A stretch of DNA of 64,000 nt from Camelus ferus (GCF_009834535.1 NC_045696.1:12898001-12962000); one strand, 5' to 3'; numbered from the stretch's first letter, positions 38,891-52,755 are shown. Notes: generated from the sequence alone by a model not told the origin. Numbers and translations: made by a program.

Positions 38891-39648
38891 TTTTTTTTTT
38901 TAATTGAGGTCTAATCAGTTTACAATGTTGTGTCAATATCTGGTATACAGCACAATTCTTCAGTCATACATGAACACACATATACTCATTTTCCCCTTCT
39001 TTTTCGCCATAAGCTACTGTAAGGTATTGAATATATTTCCCTGTGCTATACAGTATAAACTTGTTTATCTATTTTACACATACTAGTCAGGATTCGCAAA
39101 TCTCTTCCCACCCACCTCCCCTCAGCAACCACAAGTATGTATTCTATGTCTGAGGGTCAGTTTCTCTTTTATATATAAGTTCATTGTCTTTTTTTTTTTT
39201 TAATTTAGATTCCACAGATGAGTGATGTCATATAGAATTTTCCTTTCTCTTTCTGGCTTACTTCACTTAGAATGACATTCTCCAGGGACATCAATGTTGC
39301 TGCAAATGGCATTATTTTATTATTTTTATGGCTGGGTAGTATTCCATTGTATAAATAGACCACAACTTCTTTATCCAGTCATTTGTCAATGGACATGTAG
39401 GTTGATCCATGTCTTGATCCATGTCTTGTAAATAGTGTTGCTATGAATGTTGGCATGTGGGTGTCTTTTTGAACTAGAGTTTCCTTCGGATATATGCCCA
39501 GGAGTGGGATTGCTGGGTCACATGGTAAATCTATTTTTAGTCTTTTGAGGAATTTCCATACTGTTTTCCACAATGGCTGCACCAAACTGCATTCCCATCA
39601 ACAGTGTAAGAGAGTTCCCTTTTCTCCACACCCTATCCAGCATTTATA
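38891..39648 (-). mobile_element. Camelid-lineage L1, 5'-truncated
   Basis: ORF 39379-39585 (-) reads [32 protein letters not shown] (ORF2). Poly-T at 38891; imperfect TSD gatctacctcttt / gatcaactctctt. Confidence 0.9.
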
Positions 39649-42298
39649 TGATCAACTCTCTTAACAATGTTCAAATGTACAATACAGTATTGCTTACTAC
39701 AGTCACCATGCTGTACCTTACATCCCCAGGATTTATGTATCTTAAAATTAAAAGTTGTACCTTTTGACCACCTTCACTCATTTTGCCTACCCCTCCCACC
39801 CCCTGCCTCTGGTAACCACAGATCTGTTCTCTGCATCTATGAGGTTTTTTTTTTTAAGATTCCACACATAAATGATACCATATAGTGTTTGTCTTTTTCT
39901 GTCTTATTTCACTAAGCATACTGCCCTCAAGTTTCATCCATGTTGTGGCAAAAGGCAGGATTTCCTTCTTTTTTATGGCTGAATAATATTCCTTTATATA
40001 TACATATATATGCCACAGTTTCTTTACCCTTTCATCTATTGATGAACATTTAGGTTGTTTCCATGTCTTGGCTATTATGAATAACGCTGCAATGAACACA
40101 GGGTGCAGATAACTTTTCAAGACAGTGATTTTATTTCCTTTAGATAAATACCCACAAGTGGAATTGCTGGATCATATGGTAATTCTATTTTATTTAATTT
40201 TTCAAACTCCAGTTAATTTAAATTTAAATTTAAATAGCTACATTTAGCCAGTGGCTACTATGTTGAACAATACTGCTCTAGGAATATTTCCTTTCCTTTT
40301 TTAACTTAAAATTTACAGTAATACTTTTATTTCTTAATGTTATTCTCTGGTTCATGTATATAAGGAAAAAGACTCTTTTCTATCTCAAATGAGAGCAAAT
40401 TTTGTAATATCTGTAGTGCCATTGCTTAAGATATTTTCTTGGAAATAATATGAGTGGTCCATTAAAATGATATTATATAGGTGATAGAAATGATTGAGAT
40501 AGAGGCAAGACACCCTCACAGCTGCAGTCTCTGGGGAAAACTTGACTGGTATACGGAAAAGGGATGGAGGAAAATCTGGGCACACTGAAAATTACACGAG
40601 CACAGGGAAGAAAAATCACTACTGTAGGCCTGCCATCTTCTGTGTCTAGTCATAGCACTGTTGAATGACTTTTACCAAGCTCTTTGATATATTTTATCCT
40701 TTTCTGGCTGGCATTTATAATTTGAAATTAGACTAACAGACAGTTTTTAGATGAATATACAGCTTCCCTGCCACCTGGCAAAGACCTCAGGAAATGAACT
40801 AGCAGGAGTAGTCAGCTCCTTGTGAGCTCTTTCCTTATTTTAAATGTAATGCTAGTGGTGTTTCTTAAAACATCATCTTTTTCTTTGGGCCTTTCCTTTA
40901 GAATTGGTTTATATATCATGTCAAGAGACCAGTCTCATTACTTAATAATTATGCTTTGGATATAGAACCAGTCTTGAATGGGCTGGACTTTTTAGGAGGC
41001 AGAGTAGAAAATAATCTTCTTTCAACATCCCCTCTCAGATCCCCTTTTCTGCCTCTGGATAATATCCATCTCACAGACCACACTTTCAAGTACTACAAAG
41101 TTCAGCCAGCCCAGAGCACTATCAAACTCTTAATCACTCATCCAATTTAAACCTTCTCCCATCCCCCGTAGTCTGCAGGGCCTGGAGGTCTGCAGTGGGG
41201 ATGGGGCTGTAGGGTCAGCTTGTCTGCTCTTCCGTACCACCCCCTCTGCATTACCTTACTTTGCACCAGCTACCTGCTGTTTCTTGTGCCTCCAGGGTAG
41301 GTTGCAGGAGGGTGGGGAGCCTTAGAAGAGACAAAGCTTAACTGGCTGGCCAAACTGCTGCAATTTGGTGTTTCCGGCCCTCTGGGCACAGATACTTAAA
41401 TGCACACTCAACACTTTCTTTCATGCAGGGATTTGTGAGAATGCCCAAAGGGCCCTCATGCTGCCTCATTTTCTGGCTTTGAATTTAAGACCCTCTGGTT
41501 ATAAAGTAAACTCTGTGCCTAGATGACTCCTTATGAGCCATGCTTTGCAACCTCCATTGATGAAGCACCTCCCACAGCCTTTTCTACAAAGGTAGCTTTG
41601 CCCAGTCAAGTAGACTCCTTCCATAGGGTCCATTCTTGACTTCTCAAGATGGTCACCTTTTATAAGCCCATCTAACCCACAGAACACTTGGCACCTGGCT
41701 TCAGAGTCCCAAGGTGTGGGCCCTCTCTTCACTTTGCTTAGGAGGGAGCTCTTTCATTAGATGTTGACAGATATCCTCCCCACAAATCCAAGAAACTCCA
41801 TTTCATTTCTACCTGAGAACCTCCACGCAGGGCCCATGTTACTGTGGGGCTCAGGAGTTGCTCCAGCTTATCTGGCATCAGCTGTTTAGGAGTGGGAGAC
41901 AGTGGGGTGGGAACAGTGGTAGTGAGACGTCATACATTCTCTTGTAAGACATCCCAATCTCTGTAAGTGGTGTTCTCTCTCTCTTTTAATGAATATTGAG
42001 TGCTTATTTTATTATATGTAAGTTGAACAATCTGAACTGTCCTGCTTCCTCACCCTCTACTTGCCACATGTTCCCCCCCCCTTTCTCTCTCTCTGGAAGC
42101 TTGAAGGATCTTCTTTTTATTTTCCACATCCTGCATTTTCACCGTGTGGTTTGTTGTGGGTCTATTTTCACCCATGATGCTGGACATTCAGTGGATTCTG
42201 TCATGTCTTCCACTCCTGGCAAACTTTCTTGGATGATATCACTCCCCAATGATTTCTTCCAATATAAGTGGTTCTCCTAAAGACCCTTATTTGGTGTA

Positions 42299-42636
42299 TG
42301 CTATGGACTAAACATGTGTATCCCCAGATTCATTATGTGGAAGCCCTAATATCAATGTGATGGCTTTAGGAGGAAGGCCTTTGGGAGGTAATTAGGTCTG
42401 GGTTGAGTCCTTATGATGGGATTAGTGCCTGAATAAGAAGAGACACAGGAGAGTTTGCTTCCTTTCTTTGTCTGCCATGTAATGTCATAACTAGGTGAGC
42501 TCTTCCCCAGGAACTGAATTAGCCGGCACCTTGATCTTGGACTTCCCAGCCTCCAGGACTGTGAGAAATAAATGTCTGTTGTTGAAGCCACCCAGGCTAT
42601 GGTATTTTTGTTATAGCAGCCAGAACTGACTAAGAG
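42299..42636 (+). mobile_element. MLT1A-type MaLR solo LTR
   Basis: tgctatggactaaac...ggcaccttgatcttggacttcccagcctccaggactgtgagaaataaatgtctgttg...gttatagcagccagaactgactaaga. Confidence 0.88.
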
Positions 42637-44388
42637 CCTGAGAAAGAGAGAGAAGAACTTTCACTCTCCCGTGGGGGAGGTAAGACAAACATGCGAAGAC
42701 ATCCTGTAAATCTCCTTACTTCTCCTGTGGAGGAGCTGAAGGAAGGTGGGGCAGACGTGTTTTGAGTCACTCCTCAGTGAATCATGTCCTGATATTATAA
42801 CACTTCTCTTTAGTGCTTGAGATATGACACACTGTGAAAACCGTCACTGAAAGGAGAGAATTAATTGGCATTTGGTGGAAGCAGTCTCAAAATTTTGGGG
42901 GACATGATTTATAAAGAGCAAGAAATACAAATACATTAAAAAAAAAAACCTTTTCATAACCCTTAGGGGATGATGCTTAAAATGGAAAAATACTAATAGT
43001 CACCTCTTGTTGGTTAACCTCCAACAAGTCCACCTTTTTTGAACCACCTCCAAATAGTCCATGTTGTACACTAATATGTGGAAATACCTTCACTAGGCTT
43101 AGGATATATCTACCCTTCAACTATAGAATTAAGATGATTTTTTAAAATGTCTAATTGGAATGTGGGAAAGTTTACCTCTGATAAACTGCCTACCTGTTCT
43201 TTGCTCTTTTTGGTAACATCCCGCCTTCCTTCCCCCTGGAACCCCTACCCATGCCAAACACAGAGACGCAGAAGCACAAGCACACAGACACACAGACACA
43301 GAACCTCCAGATGTAAAAAACAAGCCCTTGATCTTGACTTTTCTTTTTGTTCTCTGGCTCTCATTCTATAATGTATAATCCATTTTTATCTTCCAATGTA
43401 ATATCTCAAGCTCCGGATCTTCCTTGCCTCCTAAACCCTAACAGGGTTTGTGTGTCTTTTGTCTTAGGTTTTCCTTTTCACTCACTATTCAGGCAAAATA
43501 ATGCCCACTAGTGTTTTCAGTGAAAGGAAAGAAATTTGTGTGTGATATCTCTTGGGTACCAAATGTACACACCTGAACGGTAAACAGCCTTTAGAAATTT
43601 ACTGTGTTAATCCACAGGAGTGCCTCCAATGACCGGAATGTAAGGCACTGCTGTGCTTATCAAAGGAAGTACTCACTATTTACAGACTTCTATTTCTCTG
43701 AGTCCTGTTCTCCCACTATTTCCTGACATTAATGACATCTTTGGTTAGATCGGTCTCCCCACAGGGCTCCGTGTGATCCAAGCTGCTTATGTGACTCTTC
43801 CCGCCAGGACTGAGATGCAAGGGTGGCAGGAAGACAGACTCCAGGATCCCTAAGGTCCCGCCCAGTCCCCAGACTTATACATTTCTTTCTCCTCTCCAAA
43901 TGCCTCTTTTCTATTCCAGCCCAGTTCTGGCCTTGGCCCATTTCTGAAGTTTAAGTTAGCTATTCCTTCTCTGATCTCCAATTGCCTCTTTAGGCTACCA
44001 CACACATATCGAGGTTGTTTTGAATATCAATCTGGTGTCTGTGTATTTCCCTTTCCATCTATGTATTACCTTCACTTGAACCCAGGAGCTCCCTTAGACT
44101 CTAAATAAACACCTACTTAAGCAGTTTCCAGTGCTTGCTTGTAAACATTATATATGTCTGGGGCTGAGACCATGAGGAGAACATGGCAGAAGCACAAATT
44201 TGGACATGAGAGGAAGGGGTGGAGGCAAAAGAATCATCAGAGTGGAGCCAGGGAGTGGAAGGAAGGACCAGGATGTGGAAGGAGTCAATGCCACACAAGT
44301 TGAGATCAACTTGCCCTCAGTAACCTATTGTCCATGGAAAACCCACCACCCTAAACTTCTGGATTTGTCCCCTGAACAGAGGTGAGAT

Positions 44389-44998
44389 GCTAGCATGGGA
44401 AGGCAAATTTTGTTTTTTCAGTACTACTCTCCTGGGTTTTCTGGCTGGAGCCCTGTAAAGTGGACAAAAATAAGACTGATTAACAAGACAAAAACAACAA
44501 ACAAGTTTATTAGCATGTGAATCACACTTAACACATGAGAGCACTCAGGGGTGAGTAACTCAAAGGGTTGGTTAGAGTTTGGGCTTACATAGCATCTTAG
44601 CAAAGGGACACTAACTACATTTTTAGAAAAGTGACAAGCCAAAAGAAAAGGACTTTGAGCTCCTAGGGTAGTAAATTGTGGGAAGGCAAATACATGGGAA
44701 ACTGATAGTGGTTAAAAGGCTAATTAGTAAGGTTTGTTATGTGAACTCCTCTGGTGCCTTCTCCAGGCTGCTGAGAGCCTAACGGTGACTCTGGTGATTA
44801 ACTTTTGTCCCTCCTGGTAGAGAGGGGAAGATGGACACCTTTGTAAATTTATGTCTTGCATTTAGGCAAATAGGAGGACAGCAGAGAGCTTTTTTTTTTT
44901 TTTTTTTTTACATCTGCTTCTTTTCAGTTGTCTTCAGTTCAAAATAATCCTTTTGCCAAAGTGGCATATTTCAGAGTGGCATGTTCTGTCACCCTACA
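44389..44998 (-). mobile_element. ERV1-class solo LTR (MER34-like)
   Basis: The minus strand begins tgtagggtgacagaacatgccactctgaaatatgccactttggcaaaaggattattttgaactg, as in MER34-group LTRs. Minus-strand AATAAA near 44506; left boundary approximate. Confidence 0.7.
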
Positions 44999-47569
44999 GT
45001 CACCTTGTCAGGGTGAGAAGAGTGAAAGAAAAATGTGGTGTCCTGGCCTAGATGGAACTGACCAGAACAGCTGTGAATTTCCCTGTGAAATGGAACCACT
45101 GTGGACCCACTACCACCATTATACCCACTGGTTTTTAATTACCTTTCTATTAATAAATTTCTTAATCTCAAAATAGGTAGAATAAGACCAACCACACAGA
45201 GTTATTATGGGGGTAAAATAAGAGAATGTATGTAATGCTTGTGAAATGTTCATGGGTTACCAAAATAAAGAATTATAATTACATTAGAGGCTCCCTGAGG
45301 CTCAAGCTTTATTCTTCACTTAAACTGCCTGGTGACTCATAAGACAGAATGTCATCAAGAGATGAAATTTATGTGAAGTCTTCTCTGAAATTACATCATT
45401 TTGCTATCACATTTATGAGTCTGTGCAGTTACAAAATTCCTTCTGCACGGAATGTTCTTATTCTTCTAAGTTTCAACTCAAATGTCCTCTTCTCTATAAT
45501 GTCTTTGTCAATACCCCAGCCTCCCTAGTGTTCTGTTTGTATCTCTCTTATGTACATGACATTTATGACTCTTGTTAGTTTGTGAGCACTCGGAGGAGAG
45601 AAACACAGAGCTCATGTTTTATTTCTCTTTGAATCCCCAATATCTGGAACGTCAGACAGCATAAATGCTCCAAGTGTGTTAAAGCTGGGAGCCATCCTGC
45701 AGCTTCTGGGGCTCTGCTGGTGTTTGCAGGGGAATCCAAGTTTGGAACTCTGGTTAGTCTATATGAGTGTTCCTTGGACCTGTAAATGCAGCTTGGAACT
45801 AAAGGCATATGGTCTGTTGTAAATACTCCTCTGAGTGGTTTCCATTTTTCCATTCTTATCTCCTTTCAACCATTCTCCAATCACGGCCAAAGAGAACATT
45901 CTAAAAGAAATCTATTCATTACTTTCTCGGTTAAAACTTTTCAAAATCTTGCCTCTCCTAAGGGATCAAGTTAAACTTTTTGGGATGCCATCCAAGACCC
46001 TACATAACTTGATCCTGTCTAACTCTTGGGGGTCATCTCTTGATGCATCTTCTCCATTTCCCCCTGTACCCCTCTCCCACCAATACAGAACCACTCCCAC
46101 ACCCCCACCAATACACACAACCACCCCATGCCTTTCCACTCTTCACCCCACCTACCCACTTTAGAGATGCCGAGTTCCAGGTAATTGTCTAAATGGACCA
46201 TGCTGCATTAACCGCTGCTTTTTGTTTTTTTTCCATCATTATCCTGTTCTCTCATTGCTTCTATTCCTTTTTTCATCTCCTTGATTACTTAAACCATACT
46301 TATTTTATAGTCTTTCTCAGATCTATTATACCTAGTTTTTGTGATGTAAATTCACCATTTGTTAAATTTACTGACTCTCTCTCTCATGAGGATGGATTGT
46401 TTCCTAGTGTGTCTCTGTGTGATATGTTTTATTTTTATTTGCTTGTTTTATTGTGAGGTCATCTTCAGGAGGGGTTGATTCCCCACCCTTTCCCACCCCA
46501 CCATGGGAATAGTGTCTTGGGTGGTGGAAGTACCAGTTTGGCCAGTTTCCTACAGTTTCTTGGATTCTAGACCAGCTTTATGTTAATGTCTTAGCTTGAG
46601 ATTTTGATACTATGGGGCAGATATAAACTGGACCCTCACATGCATGTGTGCCTTAGGTTTGAGGTTTTCCATTTTTTTCCCACTCTGAGTTCTAGGCTGA
46701 TGGCAGTCTACCTTGCTACTTCTCCAGGCTTGTGGGTGGGGTATTTCTAGTTGTCTTTTCATAGATGGGCCTAGCTAAGTGCAAAGGTCTTAGTTCAGCT
46801 CTCCACCTCACCTGGGCTGTGTCTTTTTCCTTTTTCTACCTGGATGTTAAAACACAGGCTCCATTCCTCAGGAAGGCTGACAACCTCTTGGGAGGCTGCT
46901 CCATCAGCTTGATTTACTTCTTTGCATTTGGTTTTCCTCTTGATGTCTTGAATCTCTGGGTTTTCTCCCTTTTCCTTCTTTCAAGCTTGGCTCTTTTTTC
47001 CAGCCTGTGGAAGAATCTGCCCTCAAACCAACCCCAACCCCAGGGGAAACTTGCTCACCTTTTAGTACTCAGCTCAAGTGCCCCTTCCTCAATAGAGCTT
47101 TTCCTAACCCTTCTCCAGGGTAGAATTCATCTTTCCTTCACTCACACCTCCTCTGTGCACCGTAAGACCTGTGACAGTGATGTGCTTAGTAGCACACGTG
47201 CCACACTCTTTCCAGACCTTCTTTCCCTGAAGATTATATTTTATTTATCTTTGTGTCCTTAGGGTCCTGCACTGCACAGGATTCATAATAGAGGTTTAAT
47301 ACATGACAGACGAATACATGAATGAATAATAGATGCTTAATACACGGCAGATGAATAAATGAATACATAAGTGAATGAACACATAAGGTGAATGAACAAA
47401 GAAGGAATAATAGAATTGAATAATTCATCTATCTTTACCTTTATGTCAGGTTTCCATAGTAGGCTGCATCTATAAAGACATTAATCAAATTCAATTTAAA
47501 AAAGTATTTTACCCTGGTAGGAAGTGACAGGTGAGATATGTAATAAAAATTATAGCAGCAATTGTAGGT

Positions 47570-47775
47570 CATGCTCCCCAGGGGCCAGGCACATTAAATT
47601 AACACATTTAATTTTTACAGCAGTCTTTTGAGGTTGATATTTTTACAGACAAGGAAACTGAGTCACCAGAAGATTAACTTGACCAAGCTCATAAATAACT
47701 TGACCAAGTTCATAAGTGGCAGAGCTGGGATCTGAGCTCAGGTAGTCTGGCTCAGACGCCATGCTTGTAACCATA
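47570..47775 (-). mobile_element. MIR with an internal 21-bp tandem duplication (47675-47716)
   Basis: ttttacagacaaggaaactgag...taacttgaccaagctcataaa taacttgaccaagttcataag tggcagagctgggat. Confidence 0.75.
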
Positions 47776-48187
47776 TTAGACAGCCTGTCAGTACTCATGA
47801 AGGAGACGTACTGAAGTTTCTGGATCCATGATTTTATTTTAAAGTGATGATTTGTAAATCCAAAGTAAATAGTTATTTTCTAATGACTGCCCTAGATCTT
47901 CTTAAACCCCTGCTATGTGGGACATTTACCACCTTACCCGTAAATCATTTCTGTACTTAACTGATTGGTCTAAAAATCCTTCCAGAACTGAATCTAGTTC
48001 TCAGATGTTGCTGTTTAAAAACCTGCCTTCCTTTTTATTTTCCTTCTCTATTTATATATATATATTTAAAAAAGAACAAATATGGCAACTTCTCCTTGTC
48101 TTCCTAGAACAAAATTTTGTTGAGGCTTGACTAGAATTTAGTAGTTCATCCTTTTTCTTTGGAATTCAGAAAGTACCTACCAATATT

Positions 48188-48290
48188 GTGTGTGTGTGTG
48201 TTTTAAATAGAGGTACTGAGGATTAAACCCTGGATCTTGTGCATGCTAAGCACACACTATACCACTGAGCTATACCCCTGCTCCTACCCC
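48188..48290 (-). mobile_element. Vic-1-like SINE with (TG)n tail
   Basis: gaggtactgaggattaaaccctggatcttgtgcatgctaagcac...accactgagctataccc; TSD cctRccaatatt at 48176-48187 and 48291-48302. Confidence 0.88.
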
Positions 48291-48820
48291 CCTGCCAATA
48301 TTTTGGATATACTAATACAAATTCACCATGGCCCTTACTCACTCCTCACAAGACATTATGCTGCAAAGCAACGGGCTCTGTCAGTCCAGCCATTCTGACT
48401 CTCAGATTGCCTGACTCTCATATTGGGCGGCTCCCACAGCGCTGTCCTTGTGGGGGCAGATACCTGGTGAGTGTTACACTGCTGATATGATGTCATCTCT
48501 TTTCTGAACTCCTTTAATGGAGTTTTGTGGAGAAGGGGCAACTCCTCTGGGTCAAAGCATGGGTGAAAGAATCTCAAGGCACAAGACTCATCGACTATAA
48601 GCAAAATGGGAATAAATTTTTAGAGCGGCAGAAGTTTCTTACTTAGGATTATTAAGGAAGATGCTAAAGAAAGATAAGCAACTTGAGTGGTTACTAAATA
48701 TACCAGGCATGCATGGGGCTGAGATATGTGGGGTTATGTGCAGCTGAACAAACAAAATGACTATTTCTGTAGGGACCCTGAGTGTTTGGTGCTTTGGGTT
48801 GATGATACACTTTACTATTT

Positions 48821-49181
48821 TTTTTTAACATTTTTTTATTGAGTAATAGTCATTTTACAATGTTGTGTCAAATTCCAGTGTAGAAGACAATTTTTCAGTT
48901 ATACATGAACATATATGTATTCATTGTCACTTTTTTTTTTTTGCTGTGAGCTACCACAAGATCTTGCATATATCTCCCTGTGCTATACAGTATAATCTTG
49001 TTTATCTATTCTACATTTTGAAATCCCAGTCTGTCCCTTCCCATCCCCCGCCCTCTTGGCAACCACAAATTAGTAGTCTATGTCTATGAGCTGTTTCTGT
49101 TCTAAGTGAAGTAAGCCAAAAACAGAAAGAAAAATACCTTATGAGATTGCTCATATGTGGAATCTGAAGAAAAAAAAAAAA
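48821..49181 (-). mobile_element. Camelid L1 insertion with 5' inversion (twin priming)
   Basis: Minus-strand 3' end (48821-~49100) joined to a plus-strand L1 piece (~49101-49181). Perfect 17-bp TSD gatacactttactattt at 48804-48820 and 49182-49198. Confidence 0.92.
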
Positions 49182-50831
49182 GATACACTTTACTATTTAA
49201 GGAGTGCAGAAGAATTATCCTATCTGAAGTCCAGAATAGATTTTTTTGATTTTTCTCAAGAGAAAATTATTTTTTAAATATTTGAATAATCCTTGAGTAA
49301 AATATATCTATCATAAAAATTCACAATTTACAAGTTCACCAAGATGATGCAGCCTAAGAGCCTTGATCAGATCAGAAGAAAATAGATATAATTTTTTTTT
49401 CCACAGCAAACTGGTTCTATTACAGAGAGAGCGATTCTCAGAAAATGTATGGTTATTGAGATGAAATTACTTGGCAAGGATTATGTGGATTATTGAGGTG
49501 AGAAAGTTTTTCTTTTCTTCTTTTCAGGCCTGAACTATTACATTTAGATTCATGTTCAAATGCACGATAGATATTTTTAAAAGTATTAGCATTTAAATGG
49601 TTGGCATTTAATTAATGATTGGCAACCTTGCTCCACGTGCTCTAACCATGCATGGAATTGTGGTTAAGATTTTTCAGATATTGAAAAAGAAATTATTCTG
49701 GGAGACAGTATCTGACAAAGTGTGCAGGCAGTGTGAGTTCATGTTTGAACAAGTATCAGGCAGAAGATTTATCGTTTTAGAAATTAATCTCCCTTGTAAG
49801 AGATATCTGAGTTGTTTATGAGTTAGTGGCTCTTCCTTATGAAGCTCCAGTTGCTGTTTTTCTCAGAGAACTGGGAAGTCCCTTTTGATTTTAGTTGTGT
49901 TCTGTGAACAGCACTCTGCCTTCAGAGAATGGACTTTTTTTTTTTTTTCCTAACTAAAAGACAAAAACTAGAGCAGAAATGACGACTGGACACAGGGGCC
50001 TTGATAAATGGATTTTTTCATCTCAGTGGTCTCTAGGCTCGAAATCCAATTAGTTATAATTCTTTAGGACTCGAATACCTGTCAAAATGATTTGAAAAGA
50101 AAAACACATTCTTTAACTTTGGAGGGAAGTATTTTTAGGGTCAGATGACATGAGAGGGGATTGCACAGTGTCAGGATAGTTGACCTGAGTTGACCAAAGA
50201 GCCTAAGCAGAAAAAACAAAAAACAGTGGGCTTATTTTAAGGTATAGCTAATGCTTGACAGAAAAACAGTAGGGAGCTCAGAGAAAAAGCAGAGAGGGTT
50301 CTGATGGGTCAAATCTGGGGAGTATTGAACCCAACGTGGCAGATTGTTAATTATAACACAATTGCTTACTTTATATTCTGAAGTTTTTGCGTTCCAAGTG
50401 AAATGGATGGGTAAGAGTATTTCTCAGTGACCATTTTAAAGAAATGTAATCATACTCATCTTTTTTGTTATGTCATTCTAAACAAGGTGAAGAGCAACAC
50501 TAAAGGAATACATTAATCCTGTGACATAGAAAAGAAACTGTGAGCCATTCTTTAAATTTTTTTTCAAAGTTATTTGAATTAAACCGATAGATACAACAGG
50601 TGAAACTGAGGAAATAAATGAATTTTAGACTGATTTCTTAATCCTAATAATAAAGATATTAGTTTCTGTAAAAAGTCCTCCTTAAAGAAAAATATGTCAA
50701 ACAAATTTAAAAATGGATTTTATGTGTTTTAAGAAAAGCAGTATATTTCAAACTTGGGGTGGTAGTTTTTAAACCCCTACTATGAAGACAGGGATTATTT
50801 CTTTTCCCTGCTCTCTGTTACAGAATTAGAA

Positions 50832-51158
50832 AGCTACAACCAAATCTGGCCTGTTGTCTGTTTTTGTCAATAAAGTTTTATTGTAATTTGCCCAATGACA
50901 ATGCTCATTTGCTTCCTGTATTGTTTATTCTTGCTTTTGAGTGACAGCAGTGAAAATGAGCAGTCTTGATGGGGACAATATGGCCCTGTTTTTGTAAGTC
51001 AAGTTTTAATATAATAGCCACACCCTTTCATTAGTGTGCGATCCATTTCTGCTTTTGAGCCACAGCGGTGAAATTAAATAGTCTCAACAAAGACCATATG
51101 GCCCATGAGGCCTAAAATTTTTACTATCCGGCCCTTTTCAGGAAGTTTGTTGACCCCT
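50832..51158. mobile_element. MER58B-like hAT-Charlie fossil
   Basis: ccaaatctggcctgttgtctgtttttgtcaataaagttttattg...gaccatatggcccatgaggcctaaaatttttactatccggcccttt..aagtttgttgacccct. Confidence 0.78.
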
Positions 51159-51457
51159 ATTGTATTGTTACTTTTTATATCAATTTTTATATTATTTATA
51201 ATCTGTTTCGTAACCATAATTCCTGAATTTTTTTGGTACTGTATTTAAATGGATACAATGTTCACCACTAGCCCTCTTTTACCATGACTTTGGCAATTCT
51301 GAATCCTTTATTTTGATTCTTTTCTGAATTTCATCAAGTAGTTTCTTTAGTAAAGGTTTTTTAATATTTAATTTAATATTAAGAAATGTACACCTGTTAT
51401 AAATTACTTTAAAACATCTTATGGCTACTATATTCTTTTCTTAAACATTGTGTAGAT

Positions 51458-51598
51458 CAGTGTTACCTAATAGACATGTAATGTGAACCACATATATAAT
51501 TTAAAATTATCTAGTATTTTGATTAAAAATTATGTGTAGAACAGGTTAATTTAGTTTTAATAATATGTTTTATTTAACCTAATCTGTCAAAATATCTT
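51458..51598. mobile_element. MER33-like hAT fragment
   Basis: atgtaatgtgaaccacatatataatttaaaattatctagta...ttttaataatatgttttatttaacctaat. Confidence 0.6.
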
Positions 51599-51599
51599 T

Positions 51600-52755
51600 G
51601 AAACTTTGTCAAAACTAATTGATCATATTTGTGTAGGTCTAATTTTGGATCCTCTATCCAAATCTGTCTTTTAATATGTCTAAACTTTCACTAGTACCAC
51701 ATTGTCTTGATTCCTGTAACTTTTCTGGAAATCCTAAAATAAAGTAATGTTATTCCTCCAACTTTATTTTTTTTCAAAATTGTTTTGAGTATTATAGTTT
51801 CTTTGCTAGTCCATGTAAATTTTAAAATTAGTTTGCATATATTTACAAGAAATCTTGCTGGAATTTTGATTAATATTTCATTGGATTTATTGATCAATTA
51901 GGGAGACTTTACATCTTCACAGTGTTGTCTTCTGATCCATGGACATAGTATGTCTTTCCATTTACTTAGGTCTTCTTTGGTTATTTTCATCTGTGTTTTG
52001 TAGTCTTCAGCAAATAGATCCTGTACATGTTTTGTTAGATTTATACCTATTTATATTTTTGGAGCTATTGTAAATGGTGGCATGATTTTAATGCTGGTTT
52101 TCAACTGTTTATTGCTAGAAGATGGAAATACAATTGCCTTTGCATGGTGATCCTGTATCATGTGACCATGATAAACCTACTTATTACTAGGAGTTTTATT
52201 GTTGTTGTAATTGTTGTTTTTGTCGACACCTTGGGAATTTCTATGTAGACACTCATATCATCTGCAAATAAGGGCAGTTTTATTTGTTTCCAATCTGTAA
52301 GCCTTTTGTTTATTGCCTTATTGTAAAGGTTACATTTCTAGTATAATGCTGAATAAAAATAGTGGATTGAATATCCTTGGCTTGTTTCTTACCTTAAGGG
52401 AAAAGCACTCAGTTTTTCACCATCAAATATGATATTATCTGAAGGTTTTTTTGCAGATGCCCTTTATCAAGTTTAGGAAGTTTGATTCTATTCCTAGTTT
52501 GCAGAGAGGTTTTTGTTTTAAATCAGGATTTAAAACAAGAATTCATTGCATTTGTTTTAAATCAAGAATTCATTGAATTTTGTCAAATGCTTTTCTGATC
52601 AGTTGATATGATCATGTGGTTTTTCTTCTGTAGGCTCTCAATATGCTGGACTCCATTGATTGATCCAAATTTGCATTTTCAGGATAAACCCCACTTAGTC
52701 CTATAATGTAAATCTTTTTATATATGGCTGGATTTTATTTGATAATATTTTGTTA
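51600..52755 (-). mobile_element. Old L1 ORF2 fragment
   Basis: ORF 51691-51897 (-) reads NEILIKIPARF...KLILKFTW...ILKKNKVGGITL, an L1 ORF2 motif. Confidence 0.85.

Larger units (their letters stand above)
38545..40190 (-). mobile_element. L1MA9-like 3' fragment interrupted by a SINE and a younger L1
   Basis: ORF 39854-40120 (-) encodes the L1 ORF2 C-terminus (PVFIAALFIIAKTWKQPKC). The 3'UTR is homologous in antisense to 31415-32498. Confidence 0.85.
38403..40282. mobile_element. MER3 (hAT-Charlie) split into halves 38403-~38535 and ~40190-40282 by nested retroelements
   Basis: tgtccaatagaactttctgtaatgatgaaaatattctatatct...gtagccactagccacatgtggcta resumes as atttaaatagctacatttagccagtggctactatgttgaacaatactgctcta. 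Confidence 0.82.

Noticed and set aside
46765..47262. 165-aa hydrophobic ORF (also 6685-7143 and 59903-60319)
   Set aside because: The L/F/S richness reflects pyrimidine-rich or L2-derived DNA, not a membrane protein.
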